Translations under genes and position numbers: made by a program
Sequence record: NC_070650.1
Length of the DNA stretch: 64,000 bases
Reading direction: 5' to 3' (one strand)
Notes under the pieces: model-generated
Seen by the model: only the letters and a program-made list of their open reading frames with translations
Told to the model about the DNA's origin: nothing
The model's database searches: none
Part shown: positions 1 to 10,019 of the stretch, piece by piece
Layout: the number at the start of each line of letters is the position of its first letter
Numbering within the stretch: the stretch's first letter is position 1

Positions 1-4
1 CGAC

Positions 5-1453
5 GTGTCGGTGTCTCAACAAAACATCGACGCCGTAAGGGAAACAACCTTGCGAGGTGCGGTAACCGACATGCGAACTATTGCAATGGGGGTGACTGAA
101 ATAGCATCTTCGGTGATGCGTCAGAAAACGACTCCAGATGCAGTGGTTTCAATCCCCAACGGGATGGGCGAACAGCGATTACGTTTCTATCTGGAAATAG
201 AAACGGATCGCACTAGTCTCACAGTGAACCGTCAAATTATCACCGGATTCACCGATCACCTTGGTTATCACGACCATATGGGGCGGGTTAGTATTGACCC
301 TAACATGCAATACTACCCTAATAACATCATTTGTCTTAGGGACCAAATTACTTTCGACCATACACGGGGTATCAATACCACCACCACCGTGGTGAGTGAT
401 AGCTCTCAGATTCTTCGCGGGGATTGCCTGGTCGTAAATCCGGGGGTAGTGCAACCTCCAGTTCACGACGTCTGGGGACATCAAACGCCGGTCAGACCAA
501 TTGTGGCCGGAACGGTGAATGCAAATGACGTCTATGCAGTTCGTCCGCAGGATGTATTTCGTCATAAAGCAGCTACCGAAATGGTCCGTCAACATGGAGG
601 TGGCGCTACTACCGATAAGCGCTTAAGTTTCATGGACGGGGTTCGTAAAAGTCATCGCGATAACGCCAATGGTACTCGGTATCTGGCCAAGACGTTGGCG
701 GCAATGAACCAGGCGTACACCATGGATGACGCCGACAGTAACTACATCACTACCCTGTATAATCAGGCTGGGGGGTTAATCGGTGAGGCTACTATCGCCC
801 AAGACCGCTTTCTGGGGATGTTAAACTCCGGGGGTGGATTTACTCAGCGGGGGTTCTTCACACACCAAGAACTACTCAACCACGTACCTGACGCGGAAAA
901 TATCGCCGTCATTATTAAACCAACAACGCCCACCGAAATCAACGAGCTTTGCAACCGTGGCAACACCGATGGTTGGGGTGGTGGTGATTGGGAAACTTTG
1001 ATTGCTACGCGTCTAAGTTCAGCAACCCCGGGCATCATGATGGAATCCTCCATTTCCAGGATCTGGTTTGAAGGCACCAACATGACCCACAACGGTCGTT
1101 TCCAAATTAACATCATGCCCGATCATTTCGCAATGATGACACAAGTGGCGGATGTAGAGTCCATGATTACCCGCTTTAAAATTAACATGGAAACGCAAGT
1201 GCTGCCAGGCATGCTACCCAATAGCCAAATGCCGGTAACCGTAACCGCGGTAATGGACTGGGCTGGCGAATCGCGGATTTGGGTAAGTGTGGATGGTCGC
1301 CCACCGGTACCATTCGAGCACGCCAATTTCTGCGATGGTTTAAGCTCTCCGGTTATCTGTGCAAACCCGGAAGCAGCATCACACATCTCTAACGACCTGG
1401 TCAACCTGGCCGAATTAGCACGTTTACCTTACCATAATGCAATGGGGAATTAA
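5..1453 (+). CDS. Probable non-virion RNA polymerase specificity subunit (phiKZ gp68-like); probably 5'-truncated by the window edge
   Basis: The frame is open from the window start. It lies directly upstream of the PicA-like gene and the nvRNAP beta/beta' genes, matching the family order gp68-gp69-gp70-gp71/73-gp74-gp75. The call rests mainly on synteny. Confidence 0.55.
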   Translation: MSVSQQNIDAVRETTLRGAVTDMRTIAMGVTEIASSVMRQKTTPDAVVSIPNGMGEQRLRFYLEIETDRTSLTVNRQIITGFTDHLGYHDHMGRVSIDPNMQYYPNNIICLRDQITFDHTRGINTTTTVVSDSSQILRGDCLVVNPGVVQPPVHDVWGHQTPVRPIVAGTVNANDVYAVRPQDVFRHKAATEMVRQHGGGATTDKRLSFMDGVRKSHRDNANGTRYLAKTLAAMNQAYTMDDADSNYITTLYNQAGGLIGEATIAQDRFLGMLNSGGGFTQRGFFTHQELLNHVPDAENIAVIIKPTTPTEINELCNRGNTDGWGGGDWETLIATRLSSATPGIMMESSISRIWFEGTNMTHNGRFQINIMPDHFAMMTQVADVESMITRFKINMETQVLPGMLPNSQMPVTVTAVMDWAGESRIWVSVDGRPPVPFEHANFCDGLSSPVICANPEAASHISNDLVNLAELARLPYHNAMGN

Positions 1454-1455
1454 TA

Positions 1456-2841
1456 ATGAGCTTACACACTGAGTTAGTCGAAAAGTATCAGGACCTGCTA
1501 ACCAGCATGGGACTAACTGTCGACCTCCCCTACGTGCGTTTGGCTGAAAGCAACGGCGTTGAAACACCGGTTACGGTGCATGATAAACCGCTGGTTTTAC
1601 CGACGCTCGATCTTCTGAAAGAAAACAACTGGGATAGCCTGCAGCCATTCCATCCGCTGGCGGAAAACCCGCTGCGGGGAGAATCGGTTATTCTCAAGAA
1701 ACTTCGGGTTCTGGTGGCATTTCATGCGACTAGCGTTATCCTGACCCTGGCCGAAGAACTGCTGACCATTGCGTCAGATGGCGCGCTACAAGCTAAGTTA
1801 TCTCCGAAGGCCAGTGAGTTTCTTTCTCACGTAGGTGACGTCGATGCGAAAACTCTGAAAGCAATGGACTCGGTACGGAAGAAAGTTACCGTACTTGGTG
1901 ACCATCGTTTAGTTGGGTTCTATTTTAGTCGTCCCGGCGACCAACGTAAAGACAGTTACACTCGCCTGTGTCGCGTAGACTTTCCAATCTTCGATGCGCT
2001 GGCCGATAAAGAACCAACTATCTTCGGGGTGACTATGCGCCATCGGGATAAGAAGGCGATCCTTGGTGTATTGGATTGGCTAATCTATCCAAAACACGAC
2101 GAAGATGCTGACCTGGCTGGGTTCTATAACGCCGGTACCAGAACCTTAAACGCACCGTATTTTGTTACGCTGATGTCGGCGTTCAAAAAACTGATGCATG
2201 AATTGAACAGCAAAATCAAACTGTTCAAGAAAACTATTCCGGATGTCGTCGCAGAAACACTGACCGATCTGAGCTGGGCGGATCTCATCGATGATATCGA
2301 TCATTATCGCGATGTCATCCCGACTCTTCCGGGTAATGAAGGTACGGTCTCCAGTCATCCTAAAAATGATGGCGCTGAAGTCAAAGGAACCCCAATGCTA
2401 AACATCAATACGCCGATTGGTGGTCAACGTGAAGAACCAACCCCGGTAACGCCACCGCCGGTTATCCGCCCTGCGCAGCAACAAGCTACTGAAGAAAGTG
2501 ACGATGGGTATATCACGAATAGCCTCGGCATTCGCATGCCTAAATCACCCAATCTGACGCCTGCCCGCGTACCGATGCCGGTCCAAGCACCAACCCCGTA
2601 CGTACCACCGGTCCCCACCTATGTAGCGCCGCCGACAGTACAAGCGCCACCAGTTCAGGCGCAAGTACAATCGAACGGTAAAGTGCGGATGGGCGATCTG
2701 ATGCCAGGCGTACAACAGCAACAGGTCGGTGGTTATCAACCACCTCAGCCGTTGACTGGGCGTCAGGCATTCCGAGCCCAACAAACTGCACAGCAGGCTA
2801 TCATCACCCCGGGGTTTATCCAACCTCATCGTCGCTGGTAA
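1456..2841 (+). CDS. picA: Phage-nucleus protein import factor PicA/Imp1-like (phiKZ gp69-like)
   Basis: It sits between the gp68-like and gp70-like genes. The N-terminal motif KPLVLPT..L....W.....FHPLAE...RGES.ILKKL resembles my recollection of the gp69 family. The C-terminal tail is P/Q-rich and low-complexity. Confidence 0.65.
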   Translation: MSLHTELVEKYQDLLTSMGLTVDLPYVRLAESNGVETPVTVHDKPLVLPTLDLLKENNWDSLQPFHPLAENPLRGESVILKKLRVLVAFHATSVILTLAEELLTIASDGALQAKLSPKASEFLSHVGDVDAKTLKAMDSVRKKVTVLGDHRLVGFYFSRPGDQRKDSYTRLCRVDFPIFDALADKEPTIFGVTMRHRDKKAILGVLDWLIYPKHDEDADLAGFYNAGTRTLNAPYFVTLMSAFKKLMHELNSKIKLFKKTIPDVVAETLTDLSWADLIDDIDHYRDVIPTLPGNEGTVSSHPKNDGAEVKGTPMLNINTPIGGQREEPTPVTPPPVIRPAQQQATEESDDGYITNSLGIRMPKSPNLTPARVPMPVQAPTPYVPPVPTYVAPPTVQAPPVQAQVQSNGKVRMGDLMPGVQQQQVGGYQPPQPLTGRQAFRAQQTAQQAIITPGFIQPHRRW

Positions 2842-2882
2842 CATAACGGCATAAAGGGAGAGGCTTCGGCCTCTCCCTCCCA
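2839..2882. terminator. Bidirectional terminator-like hairpin, repeat family A (GGCATAAAGGGAGAGGC-TTCG-GCCTCTCCCT)
   Basis: 10-bp stem with a cUUCGg loop between convergent genes. 40 bp are identical to 54996-55035. Confidence 0.8.
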
Positions 2883-2901
2883 CCACTTCGACTATTTATT
2901 T

Positions 2902-3246
2902 TTACACACTACCAAATGTAGTGTTATAAGCAGAAGCCAACTGCTGTAATGTGGTTTGATTGGGTATATACAGCGTTCGTATTGACGAATTAAATTCCCT
3001 AAAATGATACATGTAATTTAGTCGCATAATAAGCCAATACATGTAAGGAGAATACCCCAATGATTTTAAATAAAGTTCTGGGCGATATTCGTAAGTGTAA
3101 GCATCTTCCGGGGTAATGGAAAGTTCCGTTGTTGAGGGGAGGCTACGAATCCATTCGATATGGTCTTCAAATAATCGCCTAAACCCCAACAGGTAATAAA
3201 CATCATTTCCTTGGTCAGCTGCTTTACTAATAAGCGATACGGTCAT
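2902..3246 (-). CDS. Conserved small protein (phiKZ gp70-like; resembles T4 gp53/LysM-type baseplate wedge proteins)
   Basis: 114-aa ORF with a YEYRPELY...YWLIMRLN...TLYIP pattern like gp53/tail-X proteins, at the syntenic position. Confidence 0.5.
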   Translation of the reverse strand: MTVSLISKAADQGNDVYYLLGFRRLFEDHIEWIRSLPSTTELSITPEDAYTYEYRPELYLKSLGYSPYMYWLIMRLNYMYHFREFNSSIRTLYIPNQTTLQQLASAYNTTFGSV

Positions 3247-3271
3247 GAATGCCTCTCGATAGCCAAAATAA

Positions 3272-3290
3272 TTATAGACCTATATTACTA
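3272..3290 (+). promoter_or_regulatory. Putative early (vRNAP) promoter TTATAGACCTATATTAC
   Basis: Contains TATATTAC (3281-3288), the early-promoter consensus described for phiKZ. A near-identical 17-mer lies at 49742. It is about 45 bp upstream of an nvRNAP gene. Confidence 0.7.
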
Positions 3291-3334
3291 GAATGTAGTA
3301 CCACAATAAATTGATAGAGTCATAGGATAAAAAC

Positions 3335-5401
3335 ATGGTAGAGTATATCCATAATGAGTTAACTGTTGAAAACCTGGGCGGTATATCCAGTCTTCAGGTT
3401 TTTCCAGGGAATAACTCAAGTCCGCGTGAACAAATGGCTACCAGCCAAATAGGTCAATCATTGCTCCCGTATGGTTGCGCAGAGCGGTTTCTACAGACGG
3501 GTGACGAATTTCAGTATGGGACATGTACTTTCAATGTTAGTATTCCGGTAGATGCCGAAATTATTGATGTCGTGCATAAGGTTAATACTGCCGTCCATCA
3601 CGGTAAAATCAAAGTCAATCCGGTGATGTCCGTTATTTGGCGCGATATCGATAAAGTGTCTGTATTCGGTGTAACTCATATTGAGCGATTTCATGCCGCA
3701 CATCAGGCTTTCGGTATTCGCTATAAAGAACACAAAACCAACATGGCTAAAATTCGACCTGGTATGGGGGTCGAACGTGGTACGGTACTGATGCATTCCC
3801 CAGGCATTTCTGAGACCGGGGCCTATGCATATAGTGTCAACGCTAACGTGGCGTTCCTATCGGTCCCAGGGGTGGATAACGATGGGATTATCATGGGAAG
3901 TCAGCTCATCCATGATTTTACCGCAACTGGGATTGTTAGCCTCAATGCGAAATGGGGGTCTGATAAGTATCCATTGAACCTGTATGGCACAAAGGACTAT
4001 TATCAACCGTTCCCTAACATTGGGGATAAAATCCGACCAGATGGACTGGTCATGGCGTTTCGAGAGTACGACCTCTTTAGCGCCGTTGTTGATATGACCC
4101 CTGAAGCTTTAATGGAAGTTGATTATACTTGGGATACCTGTTATTACGGTAAACCAAATGGCGAGGTTCTGGATATCACGGTGCTGCATCAAAACACCCG
4201 CCCCGAAATCACCCCAACGGGAATGTCCGAACAAGCCAGAATGTATTTCAACGAATCCCAGCGGTATTATGGCCAGTTAAGGAACACTTATAATGAATTA
4301 CGTCGCAAGTATCGTAACCTTACACTGACGCCAGCGCTGCAAAATCTGCTCGTTCGTGCAGAAGCAGAAAACCCGGAGCAGCAAAGCAACGTTCAGAAAA
4401 CAATGCATAAAGACTCATTGGATGATTGGCACGTGTATCTCACGTTTGCCTATGACGTCGTCCCGTCGATCGGTTCAAAGCTCACAGACCACCATGGGGG
4501 TAAAGGTGTTATTGTCGGTATCTGGGACGAGCAAGACATGCCTATTGATGAGTGGGGTACCCGGGCTGGATTAATCATGGACCCTGAATCCACCATTAAC
4601 CGCATGAACCTAGGCCGTATCTATGAGCACGGTACAAATTGGTATTCGGCCAGAATAATTAACCGGTTGCTATATCTGCGCGAAACTCGCCCCGATACAT
4701 TCTATCAGGATGCATGGGATGAATTGATGCGGTATTACAAAACAGTATCCATTAGACATTATAGACTAATGGAACACCACTATCGTAACGATAAAGACAT
4801 TATCAATCATGTCAACTATGTCATGCAGTTCCGTGATGGTATTCATCTTCACATGCCACCAGATCGTGAAGATGCGGGCTATCCGTCTTATTGCAATCTT
4901 AAAGAAACCTATCCTGAGTTCAAAGCAGGGCCGGTTGAATATAGGACTCGCAAAGGTCGTTGGATTACTACCAAGAAACCCGTTAAGATTGCTAGCATGG
5001 CAATCATTCTCTTAGAGAAAACCGGGGAAGATTGGTCCGCAGTATCCACACCAAAAATGCAGCATTACGGTATCCCGGCGATGGTCACGAACGATGATAA
5101 GTATTCCACCCCCGGTCGTGAGCAGGCGGTTAAATTACCAGGCGAAGCTGAAACTCGGTTGCTTGGTTCTACGGTTGGTGGTGACGTGACGGCAGACCTG
5201 GTCGATCTCCCGAATATTCCTGGAGGACAAAAACAAATTGCGAAGACATTGTTGCTGGCGGAAAACCCATCCGATGTCGGGGATATCTTGAATAAAGAAC
5301 AATTCCCCGATGGTTCCAATAGGGCACTCCAATTGAACAAACATGTTCTGCTTTGTTCCGGTATCACGTTTGCTTCTGAAGGTGACTCATGCGACAAATA
5401 A
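3335..5401 (+). CDS. rpoB: Non-virion RNA polymerase beta subunit, C-terminal part (phiKZ gp71/73-like)
   Basis: Beta motifs NSSPREQM, NANVAFLS..G..NDGII, GSKLTDHHGGKGVI, MDPESTINRMNLG and GEAETR. Confidence 0.9.
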   Translation: MVEYIHNELTVENLGGISSLQVFPGNNSSPREQMATSQIGQSLLPYGCAERFLQTGDEFQYGTCTFNVSIPVDAEIIDVVHKVNTAVHHGKIKVNPVMSVIWRDIDKVSVFGVTHIERFHAAHQAFGIRYKEHKTNMAKIRPGMGVERGTVLMHSPGISETGAYAYSVNANVAFLSVPGVDNDGIIMGSQLIHDFTATGIVSLNAKWGSDKYPLNLYGTKDYYQPFPNIGDKIRPDGLVMAFREYDLFSAVVDMTPEALMEVDYTWDTCYYGKPNGEVLDITVLHQNTRPEITPTGMSEQARMYFNESQRYYGQLRNTYNELRRKYRNLTLTPALQNLLVRAEAENPEQQSNVQKTMHKDSLDDWHVYLTFAYDVVPSIGSKLTDHHGGKGVIVGIWDEQDMPIDEWGTRAGLIMDPESTINRMNLGRIYEHGTNWYSARIINRLLYLRETRPDTFYQDAWDELMRYYKTVSIRHYRLMEHHYRNDKDIINHVNYVMQFRDGIHLHMPPDREDAGYPSYCNLKETYPEFKAGPVEYRTRKGRWITTKKPVKIASMAIILLEKTGEDWSAVSTPKMQHYGIPAMVTNDDKYSTPGREQAVKLPGEAETRLLGSTVGGDVTADLVDLPNIPGGQKQIAKTLLLAENPSDVGDILNKEQFPDGSNRALQLNKHVLLCSGITFASEGDSCDK

Positions 5402-7320
5402 AAGCCAGGGACTTACTCAATCTGACTCGTGAAGAACTCAATCACGACGAGCAATTCATGTTAGAGCTTGAGTTTGACGACGGCGTAATGGTGACATCCT
5501 GGCGCACTACGCTTTATAGTTGGTATATTTGGGAGTTCCAACGGCGGTATCCCAAAGCACCATTGTTAATGCATCACCATGTGGGAAATCGCCGATTCAA
5601 TAAAGGAACCACGAATAAAACGATGAACCATTGTTTTTGGGATACTTTCAGCGCGTATGGTGGAGAACTTCACCCCGAAGACCTGGCCAAAACTGTCGAT
5701 GATATTCGTCAACAATTATTCAATGACGTGGAGTACGTCGAAGAGTATGTTCCGACATTAGATATCGATGATTTTATTGGGGTGCTAAACCACCCCAAAA
5801 TCAAAGAAATCAATAATGCGGTTCAACCTAACGAGACTAGTATTCAGCAGGCCTATAAAGCAATTACCGTTGTATTGAAAGACGAAGACGAATTGCGAGA
5901 TAATGAATTGGCTGAAGCCATTAAATCAGAGTTTCCTAAAGTAGGGCAGGCGCTACAGTGCGTTGGTCCTCGAGGCTATCTGACTGATATGGATTCTCAC
6001 CGATTTGATTTTCCGATCCTAACGTCTTACGGTAACGGCATATATACGCTGGCTGAATCGCTGATTGAATCACGGTCAGCGACCAAGTCCCTCATATTTA
6101 ACAAGGAGCTTATTAAAGAAACCGAATATTTCAACCGTGAGATGCAATTATTGTGTCACGTCATGGCTGGGTTATCGGGTAAAGATTGCGGCACTACTCG
6201 AACATTACCGGTACGTATTAGAAATAAGGATGATTTGAAAACGTATAACGGTAAATATCGGGTCACGGATAAAGGGCTGGCTGCCATCAAATCAACGGAC
6301 ACTGAATTGATTGGCGAAATCGTCCGCATCAGGGCTGTAAGTTGTTGCGAAGAAAAAGCACGCGGGTATGTGTGTCCGGTTTGTTATGGTGACTTGCATT
6401 TATCGGTCCCGTATGGTTCTAATATCGGGCATGTTGCAGCTACTGAGATTTGTCGTGAAATCACTCAGAGGGTATTGTCGAATAAACACCTTGACCAATC
6501 CTCGATGATTGAACGTATCGTCCTATCTCAATACGATGCTAAATTCCTTACAGTGCATCCGTGCGGCTCCAAGCTCGGACTGGCGCAGGGGATTAAACCA
6601 GGAAGTGTGCGTATTCAGTTCAGCCGTAAGTGTGCGCCGTATTTGGCGGACATCAGAGGTATGGATGAAATTCCGGAGCATAACCTGGCTCGCTATTCCC
6701 ACATCGATAGTGTCATTTTGAATATCGATCGCCCTGGGGAAGTTACTTTGTCAGTACCCATCACTGTTGCGATGGGTTCCCGTATCGGTTATTTCACCGG
6801 CTCGTTCTTAAAGCACATGCGTGCTACTGGTTGGTCAATGACGGCTAACGGGGATTATGAAGTTTCCCTGACTGGGTGGGATAGCAAGCGTCCTATCTTC
6901 GCATTACCGATGAAACAGATGAACATGCTGGACTTCAAACAAGAGTTCGAAGCACTCATCAAACGCTCTAAGAAATACGGTACGGGGCGCCAATCTCCGG
7001 ATCTTAACAATCCAGAAGTGATGGCGCAAGAAGTGCAAATTATGGCTGACCTCCTGAACTCCAAAATTTCGACCAACGTGGTTCATGTCGAAATCATGCT
7101 GCAGGCCACCATGGTGATATCTGAAAATGACCGGGATTATCGAATCCCGCATCCTACAGAACATCGCGAATATGGTGGGTTCAACAACTTGATTAGATTC
7201 AGAAGTATCTCTGGTGCATTGGCCCACGAAAAACAAGCCGATACATTGAATACCATGAGTTCTTATCTGGTAACGAACAGGCAACCGCATCCGGTATATG
7301 ACCCGTTCTTGCGGGTATAA
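5389..7320 (+). CDS. rpoC: Non-virion RNA polymerase beta' subunit, C-terminal part (phiKZ gp74-like)
   Basis: QCVGPRGYLTD, bridge-helix-like ESRSATKSL...TEYFNREMQL, DCGT, Zn cysteines C...CPVCYG and trigger-loop-like ITQRVLSNKH. Confidence 0.9.
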   Translation: MRQIKARDLLNLTREELNHDEQFMLELEFDDGVMVTSWRTTLYSWYIWEFQRRYPKAPLLMHHHVGNRRFNKGTTNKTMNHCFWDTFSAYGGELHPEDLAKTVDDIRQQLFNDVEYVEEYVPTLDIDDFIGVLNHPKIKEINNAVQPNETSIQQAYKAITVVLKDEDELRDNELAEAIKSEFPKVGQALQCVGPRGYLTDMDSHRFDFPILTSYGNGIYTLAESLIESRSATKSLIFNKELIKETEYFNREMQLLCHVMAGLSGKDCGTTRTLPVRIRNKDDLKTYNGKYRVTDKGLAAIKSTDTELIGEIVRIRAVSCCEEKARGYVCPVCYGDLHLSVPYGSNIGHVAATEICREITQRVLSNKHLDQSSMIERIVLSQYDAKFLTVHPCGSKLGLAQGIKPGSVRIQFSRKCAPYLADIRGMDEIPEHNLARYSHIDSVILNIDRPGEVTLSVPITVAMGSRIGYFTGSFLKHMRATGWSMTANGDYEVSLTGWDSKRPIFALPMKQMNMLDFKQEFEALIKRSKKYGTGRQSPDLNNPEVMAQEVQIMADLLNSKISTNVVHVEIMLQATMVISENDRDYRIPHPTEHREYGGFNNLIRFRSISGALAHEKQADTLNTMSSYLVTNRQPHPVYDPFLRV

Positions 7321-7328
7321 AGCGTCTA

Positions 7329-7351
7329 GGGGGTGGGATTTACCCACCCCC
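7329..7351. other. GC-rich hairpin GGGGGTGGG-ATTTA-CCCACCCCC
   Basis: Perfect 9-bp inverted repeat just after the beta' stop codon, without a strong U-tract. Confidence 0.55.
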
Positions 7352-7420
7352 AATTCTGTTGTGATTTTTACAACACCCCATAATTGTAGGACGCTATGCT
7401 TCAATGAGGATATTCTTAGC

Positions 7421-8980
7421 ATGTCAACGCCTAAGCTTGCTCAAATTGAAATATTCTCGCATGGGGTGCGTATATCTAAAGTCTCGCCAGAGATAGACCA
7501 CATCATCCGAGAATTTTGTCACACCTTCATCCAATATAAATTAGAGAAAGTCAATGGGCGGTGGGTTAAGAAACAGGACAAGATATATGGCTACATAAAT
7601 AAAGTAGACCGTACGCTTCTTTTCCATCGCAATCAATTCCATGATTTCGTCAACCGTTGCAAGTTAAGTGGGTATGACATGGAACGGTTCGATCTGATTG
7701 AATATGAGATTGAACCTGGTGTTGATACTTATATTAAAATGAAACCTGAATTCACGCTCAGGGAAAAACAAGTTCCAGCAGCTAACTGGTTGCGTGAGGA
7801 TAATCGCATCCGTACGGCTGAACTGCAGACAGGATTTGGTAAAAGTTTCCTGTATTGTAATGAAGTCGCCGCCTCTGGTAAACGTGGTGGGTTGGTGGTG
7901 CTGCCCCGATATATCGACAAGTGGTATGGCGACTTCGGTAAGTACTACGATATTGAGCCTCAGGATATACTGCTAATCAAAAGCGGTAAGACCCTGATGG
8001 ATGCCATGCTGTTGATTCGGGATGGTCGTTTGCCTGATTTCAAAGTAGCGATGTTCTCATTGTCTACCATTAACAAATTCATTGAGCACTTTGAATCTTC
8101 AGATGCTGAAACCTACATGTACCCCTTTACGCCGTTTGAATTTATGCAGCTTCTGGGCATTCATGTATTGGGTTTTGATGAAGTACACCAGTGTGCTTTG
8201 CAGGTGTTTACCACCATTATCCATTTCCACGTACCAAAGCAGGTTTATTTATCCGCTACGTTAGTAAGCGATGATGACTTCACTTTGCAAATGTACAATG
8301 TTGCCTTTCCTAACGGTGAGCGGTTCAGGACCGTGGATTACAACAAATACATTGACGTGGTGGCCATTGAGTATGGGATAAGGGAACCCAGAAAGATACG
8401 GTGTTCTTATCGCGGTAAGGAATATAATCATGCCGCATTTGAAGACAGCCTGCGACGTAACGGTAAGTTGTTTAAACAATACCTTAATCTCATCTGGTCG
8501 ATTGTCAAACATGACTTCCTGACCATGCGCACTCCAGGGATGAAGATGCTCATCTTTGCGGCCAAGAAAGAGACCTGTGATGCGATTGTAGGCCACATCA
8601 AAAGGAAGCTGGGAGATAACCCGGCTAATCTGAGAGTGTCCAAATACGTCGCTGAGGACGCATACGAGGTATTGCTAGAATCGGATATTACTGCATCGAC
8701 CTTAGGTTCATCGGGTACTGCCGTGGATATTCCGGATCTCGTAAAAGTGCTGATGACTAACAACCTGGCGGCGATTGCCGCAAATATCCAGGCGGTAGGT
8801 CGTTTGCGCGAACTGAAGAAATGGCCTGACGTGAAATTGGAATTCTTCTATTTGTATTGTAGAGACATTCCAAAACATGTCGAGTACCATCGCAAGAAAA
8901 TAGGGGATCTGAAAGGACGGGTTCGGAGTCATCGTACTCTGGTTTCACCCGTAACCTTGGATGTGAACCTACCAGCCTGA
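7421..8980 (+). CDS. SF2 DExH helicase (phiKZ gp75-like, UvsW/XPB-type)
   Basis: Walker A QTGFGKS, FDEVH, motif III LSAT and motif VI QAVGRLRE. The start was moved to ATG 7421 because of a GAGGA RBS at 7406. Confidence 0.9.
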   Translation: MSTPKLAQIEIFSHGVRISKVSPEIDHIIREFCHTFIQYKLEKVNGRWVKKQDKIYGYINKVDRTLLFHRNQFHDFVNRCKLSGYDMERFDLIEYEIEPGVDTYIKMKPEFTLREKQVPAANWLREDNRIRTAELQTGFGKSFLYCNEVAASGKRGGLVVLPRYIDKWYGDFGKYYDIEPQDILLIKSGKTLMDAMLLIRDGRLPDFKVAMFSLSTINKFIEHFESSDAETYMYPFTPFEFMQLLGIHVLGFDEVHQCALQVFTTIIHFHVPKQVYLSATLVSDDDFTLQMYNVAFPNGERFRTVDYNKYIDVVAIEYGIREPRKIRCSYRGKEYNHAAFEDSLRRNGKLFKQYLNLIWSIVKHDFLTMRTPGMKMLIFAAKKETCDAIVGHIKRKLGDNPANLRVSKYVAEDAYEVLLESDITASTLGSSGTAVDIPDLVKVLMTNNLAAIAANIQAVGRLRELKKWPDVKLEFFYLYCRDIPKHVEYHRKKIGDLKGRVRSHRTLVSPVTLDVNLPA

Positions 8981-8984
8981 TTCT

Positions 8985-9023
8985 GGCATAAAGAATCTGG
9001 GGTGTCTAATTGAGGGCACCCCA
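8985..9023 (+). terminator. Variant terminator-like hairpin with GGCATAAA arm
   Basis: GGCATAAA followed by TGGGGTGTC-TAATTGAG-GGCACCCCA just after the helicase stop. Confidence 0.5.
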
Positions 9024-9073
9024 TATCCCGTGGCTCATTAACGCCACACCACACCTAAAGAAAGGAAAGTACC

Positions 9074-10000
9074 ATGACTAACGATATTGAACATAAAGTT
9101 GTTTCCACTTATATCCAACCAATCACGACTGGGTTTTTATTATTTGCGTTGCGCTCTAGAACCCATGAGGGTACTACGAGACTCAGTGTTAAAGTAAGCA
9201 ACAGCAATTACCCTGATGATTTTACCCACCAGTTCTTCCCGAGCAAGGTCGGCGTAAAAGACCTCATCAAACACCTATCTGATTTTGTTCACAAATCAGA
9301 CACCTACCATGACGTAGGTAAGCGTTACCTGGATTCTAAGTATTATTTACAATTCCAGATAGAGTATACTCAATATCGCGCTACATACCACGTGTTGTAT
9401 CTTTGTGGTTTAAACAACGGTCCTTTCCCGTTGGCCGCCGTTGCAGTAAGTCCCGGTGAACGCAATGCCCATAACGCCCACGAAAAAAATAAAGCGTATT
9501 TAGAAACCAAAAAACAAATGGCTGGATTGTTGGTTTGGTTGGAGCAGGTATTACGCAAAATGGAATCAGCGGAAGCCGACGAACCACCGGTCCCGATGGT
9601 AACTTTAGATGATGAAAAATATCATATCTCGCTACTAGATGGTTGCGGTCGTCGAGGTAGTATCGTTAACTACGTTCGTTTTGATAAAGCTACCAAAGTT
9701 CTAATGATGGGTAGTCCTCGCGGTAAGTTCACCACCAAATTCAGTGAACATCAAACGCAGCTACTCAAAAATGCCATTGCTGATATTTCTACTGTGGTGG
9801 ATACCCAGATTACCCTGGATGTGGAATCTAACTTTTATATCCGACGGATAGATGGCGTTGAGGGGACCACCATTAAACGACTCATCATTAACTCCGATGT
9901 ATTCGGGGGAACTGGTAAGGTTATTTTCATCACGAGAGATATGGCCGAATTATTACGTCAGGTCCATGTCGCTTTAGACAAATGTTCTAAACTGATTTAA
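9074..10000 (+). CDS. Hypothetical protein (308 aa)
   Basis: Long ORF with an AAGGAAAG RBS and no recognised motif. Confidence 0.75.
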   Translation: MTNDIEHKVVSTYIQPITTGFLLFALRSRTHEGTTRLSVKVSNSNYPDDFTHQFFPSKVGVKDLIKHLSDFVHKSDTYHDVGKRYLDSKYYLQFQIEYTQYRATYHVLYLCGLNNGPFPLAAVAVSPGERNAHNAHEKNKAYLETKKQMAGLLVWLEQVLRKMESAEADEPPVPMVTLDDEKYHISLLDGCGRRGSIVNYVRFDKATKVLMMGSPRGKFTTKFSEHQTQLLKNAIADISTVVDTQITLDVESNFYIRRIDGVEGTTIKRLIINSDVFGGTGKVIFITRDMAELLRQVHVALDKCSKLI

Positions 10001-10019
10001 TCATTTTGGGGTTACGCAC

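Noticed and set aside
7298-7420. Upstream extensions in the ORF track (7298, 17762, 23995, 25001, 26178, 33021, 40315, 44268, 61782)
   Set aside because: Downstream ATGs have better Shine-Dalgarno sites, and most of the extensions overlap neighbouring genes or hairpins.
6904-7422. 172-aa minus-strand ORF
   Set aside because: It is antisense to the RNAP beta' C-terminus and has no supporting signals.
3335-8980. Inteins or group I introns in RNAP, helicase, polymerase or DnaB genes
   Set aside because: The ORFs are continuous and of expected size. I saw no C/S...HN intein ends or LAGLIDADG/HNH motifs.
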